Origin: an uncultured Gemmatimonadaceae bacterium
Lineage (GTDB): Bacteria; Gemmatimonadota; Gemmatimonadetes; Gemmatimonadales; Gemmatimonadaceae
Direction of reading: 5' to 3'
NCBI GenBank assembly: GCA_963781585.1
Contig: CAWAGQ010000004.1
Coordinates: 288,001-352,000, forward strand
Length of the DNA stretch: 64,000 bases
Positions 31,474 through 38,776 of this stretch are shown one piece after another. The position numbers and the translations under genes are program-made. The first letter of the stretch is position 1. Each line of letters begins with the position of its first letter. The notes under the pieces are model-generated. The model was not told the origin of the DNA and searched no databases. It saw nothing but the letters and a program-made list of their open reading frames with translations.

Positions 31474-32289
31474 ATGGGCCGCGGCGGCGGCTCCTCCTGG
31501 CCCCGACTTCTCGTCCTGGCTTCGTGTGCATGTCAGATCGTGGTGGCCGCGTCAGCCGCGGGGCAGGATCCGCTCACCGGGACGATTCGCGGCGTGGTAC
31601 GAGACTCCCTGGGCGAACCGGTAGTCGGAGCCGGCATCTCTTTGCAACCCGGAGGACGGCAGGCCTGGGCAGACACCGCGGGGCGGTTCACGATGGGCGG
31701 TGTGCCGGTGGGCGCATACAAGGTGCGCGTGCGACGGGTGGGATTCCGGCCCGAGGAGACGCCCGTGGACGTGACGGCCGGCGACGTGACCCGGGTGGAA
31801 TTCGCCCTCATCCGCGTGCCGCCCACGCTCGACACGGTCGTGGTACGCGGAGAGCGGCAGTGCTCCCGATACACTTACGCCGGTTTTCTCTGTCGTCAGG
31901 CGGACCATCGCGGATTCACGATGACCGCGGCGGAGATCGAGGCGAAGGAGCCGGTTTTTGTCGCGGACATCTTCTACGGTCGCCCCGAGTTTCGCATCGT
32001 CGCGACGCCGAGGGGTCGCGATTTTGTCTCAGTCGTCGGGTGGCGCTGCGTCGTTCGATTGGTGAATGGCTCGCCCATCAGCGTTGCCAACCCGGAACCT
32101 GACGTAGGGGACTTGTTCGCGGTGGAGGTCTATCAGCGCACCGAAGTTCCACCGGAATACATCCAGTGGAACTGGCGCGGATCGGTGCAAAGCGGAGCCC
32201 GTGGCGGGGCGCGCCAGCCGAGGGGAGGGGGAGCGCATGGGCCGTGTACCCTGGTCAACTTCTGGACCAGGGACGCGAAGCGAAAGTGA
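31474..32289 (+). CDS. Exported protein with a carboxypeptidase-regulatory-like (Cna-B type) domain and a degenerate TonB-plug-like region
   Basis: Signal peptide (..AASAAG-Q), GTIRGVVRDSLGEPVVGA, DTAGRF, VRRVGF, LDTVVV, AVEVY. The start may be 31435. Confidence 0.7.
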   Translation: MGRGGGSSWPRLLVLASCACQIVVAASAAGQDPLTGTIRGVVRDSLGEPVVGAGISLQPGGRQAWADTAGRFTMGGVPVGAYKVRVRRVGFRPEETPVDVTAGDVTRVEFALIRVPPTLDTVVVRGERQCSRYTYAGFLCRQADHRGFTMTAAEIEAKEPVFVADIFYGRPEFRIVATPRGRDFVSVVGWRCVVRLVNGSPISVANPEPDVGDLFAVEVYQRTEVPPEYIQWNWRGSVQSGARGGARQPRGGGAHGPCTLVNFWTRDAKRK

Positions 32290-32356
32290 GCGGGTGCCGC
32301 TCCACGACATCGATCTACCGTCGTTACCTTGTCGGGAGCACCACCGGGAGGGAGCC

Positions 32357-32781
32357 TTGGAGCGAAATGCGTCGGCCGTCTGGTACGGCACGCTGCGGGA
32401 AGGTCGAGGGGAGATGTCCGTGAAGAGCGGGGTTCTTCGCGACGCCCGATACACATTCGGCGCGCGCTTCGAATCGGCGCCCGGCACCAATCCGGAGGAA
32501 CTGATCGGTGCGGCGCACGCGGGGTGCTTTTCGATGGCGTTTTCAGGCCAGCTCACGAATGCGGGGAATCCACCGGAGCGCGTGACGACGTACGCGACCG
32601 TTACGCTGGAGAAGACGGACGCCGGCTTTACCGTCACGGGCATTCATCGGATACCGTTGCCAGGGTCCCAGGCATCAGCGAGGAGGCGTTTCAGGCGGCG
32701 GCCACCAGGGCCGTGCAGACGTGTCCGATCTCGCGCCTGCTCAGCACGAAGGTCACCGTGACGGCGCGTCTCGAGGCATGA
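32357..32781 (+). CDS. osmC: OsmC family peroxiredoxin, split by a single-base frameshift near 32648
   Basis: GGAGG RBS and TTG start. ASAVW.G, GTNPEELIGAAHAGCFSM in one frame, CPISRLL in the -1 frame. Corrected length is about 141 aa. Confidence 0.88.
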
Positions 32782-33869
32782 CAGCGCAGTCCCGACACGC
32801 GCCAGCTGCGAGGCGGCCGACAGAAGCGAAGCAGCGGTCGATCGCCGGAGTGAGTAACAGGCGCTGGCGAACGACGGTGCGCGAGCTGTCGATCGCGTTG
32901 GTGGGCGCGATGGCGATTCCTCAGGTCGTACAGGGGCAACGCAAGTACACCGACGCGAGCGGACATCTGCGGGTTGCGCTGGCCCGGCAACCCTTCCTGC
33001 CGAACGGGACGTCGCCGGGACCGGCCACGATGGCCAGTGGCGGAATCCAGGATACCCTGGCGCGGCTCGGGGCCGTGGTGCGGGTGGCCGAGGCGGCGCT
33101 CACACCGGAGGAGAACACCGAGTACGGAGGCTGGAAGCGCCTCGGCATGGCGCTCGGCCACTTTGCCCGGATCGTCGCGCAGAACGAGCGCGACGGCTAC
33201 TTCACGGTCGGGCTGCTGGCGACCTGCCCATCGATGCCGGGTCTGGTGGCCGGACTGCAGCATTCCGGTCCCACCCCGGAGGCGATCCGGATCGGCATGC
33301 TCTGGCTCGACGCGCATCCGGATTTCAACACACCGGAGACGACGCGCAGCGGCTCGTTAGGCGGTATGCCGGTCGCGGTAGCCACCGGCCGGGCGCTGCA
33401 GCGGATGCGCATGGATGCCGGTCTCGATCCACCTCTGTCAGACCGCCACATCGTCATGGGCGGCGTACGCCTCATCGATCCGCTGGAGCGGGAGTTGCTC
33501 GACGACTCGTTCATCGAACAGCTGTCGGTCGACGATCTGCGTACCGGTTCGCCCGCGGTCTTCGCCCAGCTCGATCGCTTGAGTCGTCTCACCGACAAGA
33601 TCTACGTCCACATCGACATGGACGTCCTCGATCCGCGCGAGGTCTCGGGTCACCCCAACAAGGTTCCTGACGGCCCATCGAGCGAGCAGCTGGCGCGGCT
33701 CTTCGAGCAGATCTTCAGCCGATATCCGAAGACCGTTGCGATCGGCTTCGCCACGATTCCCGGCACCGATCCGGGCGGCCTGTCGATCGCGGCGGTGAAC
33801 CGCATGATCGCCGGCGCGGTGCGCGGCGTGATGGAGCGGGAGCGTCGCGACGGGGGCAAGAAGCCGTAG
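32778..33869 (+). CDS. Arginase/ureohydrolase-family protein, probably exported
   Basis: WLDAHPDFNTPETTRSGSLGGM and HIDMDVLDP metal motifs. Signal-like N-terminus. Alternative GTG start at 32850. Confidence 0.85.
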   Translation: MTAQSRHAPAARRPTEAKQRSIAGVSNRRWRTTVRELSIALVGAMAIPQVVQGQRKYTDASGHLRVALARQPFLPNGTSPGPATMASGGIQDTLARLGAVVRVAEAALTPEENTEYGGWKRLGMALGHFARIVAQNERDGYFTVGLLATCPSMPGLVAGLQHSGPTPEAIRIGMLWLDAHPDFNTPETTRSGSLGGMPVAVATGRALQRMRMDAGLDPPLSDRHIVMGGVRLIDPLERELLDDSFIEQLSVDDLRTGSPAVFAQLDRLSRLTDKIYVHIDMDVLDPREVSGHPNKVPDGPSSEQLARLFEQIFSRYPKTVAIGFATIPGTDPGGLSIAAVNRMIAGAVRGVMERERRDGGKKP

Positions 33870-33945
33870 GCCCTACGTCGGGTGAGTCGCCACCGCGGGC
33901 GACGCGCCGGGCGCCGAAGTACCGGGTCGCGGCTTACGCCGCGCG

Positions 33946-35388
33946 CTACAACTGCTTCACTTCGGTGATCAGGTCTGTCAGGCTCTTCTTCGCATCGCCG
34001 AACAGCATCGAGGTCTTGCGGTCGTAGAACAGGGCGTTGTCGATCCCCGCAAACCCGGCTGCCATCGACCGTTTCATGACGATGCAGCTCTTGGCGCGGT
34101 CGGCGTCGAGAATCGGCATGCCGTAGATCGGGCTGGACGGGTCGGTGCGCGCCGCGGGATTCACCACGTCGTTGGCGCCGATGACGAGGACGCAGTCGGT
34201 CGACGGGAAGGCTCCGTTCACTTCGTCCATGTCGTACAGCCTGTCGTAGGGCACGTTCGCCTCGGCCAGCAGCACGTTCATGTGGCCGGGCATGCGCCCG
34301 GCGACCGGGTGAATGGCGTACTTCACGTCCACCCCGCGCTTCTGGAGCAGTTCCGCCAGTTCCTGCACCTGATGCTGGGACTGCGCCACCGCCATTCCGT
34401 ACCCCGGCACGATGATCACGGAATTCGCGTACGCCAGTTGCACCGCGGCGTCGGGGGCGGAGATCGGCTTGACCGACAGTCCGGTGGCGCTCTGCACGAC
34501 CGCTGGTGCCGTCTGCCCGCCGAACGCGCCGAACAGGATGTTCGTGAACGGCCGGTTCATCGCCTTGCTCATCAGTACCGAGAGGATGAAGCCGGACGAC
34601 CCGTCGAGCGCGCCGGACAGAATGAGCACGTTGTTGCCGATCGCGAAGCCGGTGGCCGCCGCCGCCAGCCCGGCGTAGGAGTTGAGCAGCGCGATGACCA
34701 CTGGCATGTCCGCGCCGCCGATCGGAATCACCATCAGCACGCCCAGCAGGAAGGCGACCCCGATCATGGTGAAGAAGAGCACGGTGTTGGACGGGTCGTA
34801 GATCAGATACCCGTAGCACCCGAGCGCCACCACGAACAGCAACGCGTTGGAGGCGTTCTGCCCGGGATAGGTGACCGCCCGGCCGGTGATGAACTCCTGC
34901 AGCTTGCCGAACGCCATGAACGCGCCGGTGACCGTCAGGGCCCCCAGCAGCACCTCGAACCCGACCGCCGCCATCCGGGCATGGGAGAGCGCCACGCCGC
35001 CCGGATCGTGCCAGGCGTTCCAGAACTCGGCTACTCCCACCAGCGTCGACGCCAGGGCGCCGAACATGAGCGCGAACGCGATCCGTTGCGGCATGGCCGT
35101 CATCGGCACCCACATGCCTAACGGGTATCCGATGAGACCGCCCAGGATGAGCCCGATCGCGATCCACCGATAGGTGATGACGTCGTGCTGCAGCAGGGTG
35201 CCGATGATCGCGAACAGCATCCCGACGGCGGCCAGCTGCATGCCGCGGCGCGCCTGGTCGGGCCGCGAGAGGCTCCGAATGCCCAGAATGAAGAGGGCCG
35301 ACGCGACCAGGTAGATGCCCTGAATCGCCAGCTCGCGACGAGGGTCGGCGATCGCCGACTGCGCGGCCACCAGCGCGGCCGCGCTCAC
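33946..35388 (-). CDS. pntB: NAD(P) transhydrogenase beta subunit, copy 2 (divergent channel residues)
   Basis: GGADMPVVI, NSYAG, AMNR, VPGYGMAVAQ, IHPVAGRMPGHMNVLLAEA, GANDVVNP. GTG start overlaps the upstream TGA. Confidence 0.95.
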   Translation of the reverse strand: MSAAALVAAQSAIADPRRELAIQGIYLVASALFILGIRSLSRPDQARRGMQLAAVGMLFAIIGTLLQHDVITYRWIAIGLILGGLIGYPLGMWVPMTAMPQRIAFALMFGALASTLVGVAEFWNAWHDPGGVALSHARMAAVGFEVLLGALTVTGAFMAFGKLQEFITGRAVTYPGQNASNALLFVVALGCYGYLIYDPSNTVLFFTMIGVAFLLGVLMVIPIGGADMPVVIALLNSYAGLAAAATGFAIGNNVLILSGALDGSSGFILSVLMSKAMNRPFTNILFGAFGGQTAPAVVQSATGLSVKPISAPDAAVQLAYANSVIIVPGYGMAVAQSQHQVQELAELLQKRGVDVKYAIHPVAGRMPGHMNVLLAEANVPYDRLYDMDEVNGAFPSTDCVLVIGANDVVNPAARTDPSSPIYGMPILDADRAKSCIVMKRSMAAGFAGIDNALFYDRKTSMLFGDAKKSLTDLITEVKQL

Positions 35389-35696
35389 GGCGCGGACTTC
35401 CCGCTCGACCTGCGGTCTCCGCGCTTGAACATCTTCAGCATGCGGTCGGTGATGAGGAATCCGCCCACCACGTTCGACATCGCGCACACCACCGCGACCG
35501 TGCCGAGAACCGTGGCGACCGTTCCGTGCTTCCCGCCCGCAGCGACGATCGACCCGACGAGCGAAATGCCGGAAATGGCGTTGGTCGCGGCCATCAGCGG
35601 CGTGTGGAGGAGCGGCGGCACCCGCGAGATGATCTGGTACCCGAGAAAGGCCGCCAGAAGGAACACGTACGCCTGGATGACGGTTGTGCTGATCAT
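35385..35696 (-). CDS. NAD(P) transhydrogenase alpha subunit part 2 (membrane), copy 2
   Basis: VPPLLHTPLMAATNAISG, NVVGGFLITDRMLKMF. Confidence 0.95.
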   Translation of the reverse strand: MISTTVIQAYVFLLAAFLGYQIISRVPPLLHTPLMAATNAISGISLVGSIVAAGGKHGTVATVLGTVAVVCAMSNVVGGFLITDRMLKMFKRGDRRSSGKSAP

Positions 35697-35763
35697 GCGA
35701 GGGAGCGGGTCGGAGGTCGCAGGGCAGGGGACGGAGCGTGGGGACGCGCGTTCGGGGGCACGA

Positions 35764-37152
35764 TCACAGCTGCTTGATTTCCGAAATCAGTTTCGAGAGG
35801 CTCTGTTTCGCATCGCCGAACAGCATCGACGTTCTGGGTGCGTAGAACAATTCATTCTCGATGCCGGCAAAGCCGGCCGCCATGGAGCGCTTGAGGACAA
35901 TGCAGCTCTTCGCCTTGTCCACATCGAGAATCGGCATGCCGTAGATGGGACTTGACGGGTCGTTCCGCGCCGCCGGGTTGACCACGTCGTTGGCGCCGAT
36001 CACGACCGCAACGTCACAATGCGGAAACTCGTCGTTCACGTCCTCCATGGCCCGCAGCTTGTCGTATGGCACGTTGGCCTCGGCCAGCAGGACGTTCATG
36101 TGGCCCGGCATGCGGCCGGCGACCGGATGGATGGCGTACATGACATCGCCGCCGTGCTTCTCGATCAGCTCGGCCAGTTCGCGCACCTGATGCTGGGCCT
36201 GCGCCACGGCCATTCCGTACCCGGGGACGATGATGACCTTGGGTGCGTATGCGAGCTGGATCGCCGCATCCTCGGGTGTGATCGACTTGGCGGTGAGCCC
36301 GGCGACGCTCTTGCCCGAAGTCTGCGTACCGCCAAATGCCCCGAACAGCACGTTGGTCAGCGACCGATTCATCGCCCGGCACATGATCTGCGAGAGAATG
36401 ATTCCCGACGATCCCACGAGCGCGCCGGAGATGATCAGCACGTCATTCCGGATCACGAATCCCGTCATCGCGCCGGCGATGCCGGAGTAGGAGTTCAGGA
36501 GCGAGATCACGACCGGCATGTCGGCGCCGCCGATCGGAATCACAAGAAGCACGCCGAGTGCCAGGGCAGATGCGGTGACCGCAACGGCCGGCCAGGTGAC
36601 ACCGGCGGGCGAAACGACCTGCCACGCTCCCAGCCCCAGAATGGCGACGAACAGAAGCGCATTGAGAACCTTCTGTCCCGGGTAGGTGATGGGGCGGCCG
36701 GTCAGCACTTCCTGCAGCTTCGCCCAGGCGATCAGGCTGCCCGAGAAGGTCACCGCGCCGATGAGGAGCGACAACTCGATGGTGATGCCGGTGTCGAGCG
36801 GCAGCGACTGGCCGGCCGTTCCCGACTTCTGCAATTCCGCCATGCCGACCAGCAGCGACGCGCCGCCGCCGAAGCCATTGAGCAGCGCAACCATCTGCGG
36901 CATGGAGGTCATCTTCACCGCCATCGCCATCCAGTAACCCAGCGAGCCTCCCACCACGACGCCCGCAATCATCTGCACCGGCGACAGGATCTCGAAGATC
37001 ACGACCGTGGTGACGATCGCGAGCAGCATGCCGAGGCCCGAGATGGCGTTCCCCGAACGGGCGGTGGCCGGACTCTGCAGCCTCCTGAGGCCGGTGATGA
37101 ACAGGATCGCCGACACGAGGTACAGCAGCCGGACGATCGGAGCCGGAATCAC
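35764..37152 (-). CDS. pntB: NAD(P) transhydrogenase beta subunit, copy 1
   Basis: MPQMVALLNGFGG, TFSGS, GGADMPVVISLLNSYSG, AMNRS, IHPVAGRMPGHMNVLLAEA. Confidence 0.96.
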   Translation of the reverse strand: MIPAPIVRLLYLVSAILFITGLRRLQSPATARSGNAISGLGMLLAIVTTVVIFEILSPVQMIAGVVVGGSLGYWMAMAVKMTSMPQMVALLNGFGGGASLLVGMAELQKSGTAGQSLPLDTGITIELSLLIGAVTFSGSLIAWAKLQEVLTGRPITYPGQKVLNALLFVAILGLGAWQVVSPAGVTWPAVAVTASALALGVLLVIPIGGADMPVVISLLNSYSGIAGAMTGFVIRNDVLIISGALVGSSGIILSQIMCRAMNRSLTNVLFGAFGGTQTSGKSVAGLTAKSITPEDAAIQLAYAPKVIIVPGYGMAVAQAQHQVRELAELIEKHGGDVMYAIHPVAGRMPGHMNVLLAEANVPYDKLRAMEDVNDEFPHCDVAVVIGANDVVNPAARNDPSSPIYGMPILDVDKAKSCIVLKRSMAAGFAGIENELFYAPRTSMLFGDAKQSLSKLISEIKQL

Positions 37153-37436
37153 TTCCTGTCCCCGCGCGAGAACATCTTCAGCATCCGGTTGGTGACGGCG
37201 TAGCCACCGACCACGTTGATCATCGCGAACACCACCGCCGCGAACCCCAGCACGGTCGAGATCCAGCCCAGCCCCGAGCCTGCGACCACCAGGGCACCAA
37301 CGATCGTGATCCCGGAGATGGCGTTTGCGCCCGACATGAGGGGCGTGTGCAGCGTTGGCGGCACCCGGCCAATCAGTTCTGCGCCCAGGTAGGTCGCGAG
37401 GACGAAGATGACGATGCCGGTGATCAGCGTGTCCAT
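37149..37436 (-). CDS. NAD(P) transhydrogenase alpha subunit part 2 (membrane), copy 1
   Basis: VPPTLHTPLMSGANAISG, NVVGGYAVTNRMLKMF. Confidence 0.95.
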   Translation of the reverse strand: MDTLITGIVIFVLATYLGAELIGRVPPTLHTPLMSGANAISGITIVGALVVAGSGLGWISTVLGFAAVVFAMINVVGGYAVTNRMLKMFSRGDRK

Positions 37437-37577
37437 GAGCGCGGATCCGGGTTGAGGGTCACACTACAGGCATCGGACGAGGCGAGCAGCGGCCGCCGCG
37501 CGGGCACGGCGCGGCACGGCGCGGTGGCCCTCGAGTGGTCGCAGCTCGTGCGCGCGGTGCACGAGGCGAGGTGGTGA

Positions 37578-38675
37578 TCAGACACGAACCGCGCCAGCGT
37601 GCACGACACACATTGGCCCGGCGATCTCATCCTCGAGGCTGAGGGTGATGGTCCCGTCCTTGAGGAGGTGCTGCAGCAGCGTCAGGCAGTTCTTGCTGAA
37701 CATCAGGCTGGCGTGGAAGGGCACGGAGCTGGGCAGATTGGCCGCTCCCACGATCGTCACGCCGTTCGACTCCACGACCTCGTCCGCCCGGGTGAGCTCG
37801 CAGTTGCCCCCCTGCTCGGCGGCCAGGTCCACGATCACCGAGCCCGGACGCATGGAGGCGACCATGCCGGCGGTGATGAGGCGCGGTGCCGCCCGTCCCG
37901 GGATCTGCGCGGTGGTGATGACGAGGTCCTGGTCCTTGATGTGTTTCCCGATCGCGTCGAGCGTGCGCTGGTGCTCGTCGTCGCTCTGCGCGCGGGCGTA
38001 TCCCCCCGCCGCTTCGGCGTCGGCCTGCGGTTCCGGACCCACGAACGTGGCGCCTAACGACATCACCTGTTCCCGGGCGGCGGCACGGATATCGAATCCG
38101 GAGACCACCGCGCCGAGCCGGCGGGCGGTCGCGATCGCCATCAAACCGGCCACTCCGGCCCCGATGACGAATGTCTTGGCCGGAGGGATGTTGCCGGCGG
38201 CCGTGGTGAGCATGGGGAGCAGCTTCGCCGCGTGCTCGGCCGCCAGCAGCACCGCCTTGTAGCCGGCGATGGTCGCCTGGGACGACAGAATGTCCATCGA
38301 CTGCGCCCGGGTGATGCGTGGGACGCGCTCGAGCGCGAGCGCGGAGACGTTGCCCTGCGCGAGTACCTGGAGGAGATCCGCGCTCGTGGCGGCGGGTAGC
38401 AGCGAGATGAGGAGGGCCCCCGACCGGATCCGCCGGGCCTCCGCCAGCGACGGCTTCTGCACCTTGACCACGACGTCGGCGCTGAACGCGTCTCCGGGAT
38501 CACCGAGTCCGGCGCCGGCTTCCGCGTAGGCCGCGTCGGGGAAGTACGCCGGCACGCCGGCCCCCCGCTCCACGACCACCTCCACGCCCGCCTTCACGAG
38601 GCGTCCTGCGCTCTCCGGCGCGACGGCCACGCGCCGTTCTCCTGCGGCCGTTTCCTTCGGGACTCCGATGCGCAT
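37578..38675 (-). CDS. pntA: NAD(P) transhydrogenase alpha subunit part 1 (soluble NAD(H)-binding dI)
   Basis: MRIGVPKE..ERRVA, PRITRAQSMDILSSQ, GAGVAG, GGYA, IVDLAAEQGGNC. Confidence 0.96.
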   Translation of the reverse strand: MRIGVPKETAAGERRVAVAPESAGRLVKAGVEVVVERGAGVPAYFPDAAYAEAGAGLGDPGDAFSADVVVKVQKPSLAEARRIRSGALLISLLPAATSADLLQVLAQGNVSALALERVPRITRAQSMDILSSQATIAGYKAVLLAAEHAAKLLPMLTTAAGNIPPAKTFVIGAGVAGLMAIATARRLGAVVSGFDIRAAAREQVMSLGATFVGPEPQADAEAAGGYARAQSDDEHQRTLDAIGKHIKDQDLVITTAQIPGRAAPRLITAGMVASMRPGSVIVDLAAEQGGNCELTRADEVVESNGVTIVGAANLPSSVPFHASLMFSKNCLTLLQHLLKDGTITLSLEDEIAGPMCVVHAGAVRV

Positions 38676-38776
38676 TCCTGTAGACTCCGGTCAAAAAGCC
38701 CGGGAAGGTTGAACGAAGGGAAGGGGGGATTCAAGGGAGAGAATGCCGACTCTCCGGCGAGGCGTTCCCCGGCGGC

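Noticed and set aside
37437..37577. Short hairpin and 10-bp direct repeat inside the pnt operon as a riboswitch or REP element
   Set aside because: No recognisable aptamer motif, and no second copy seen in the window.
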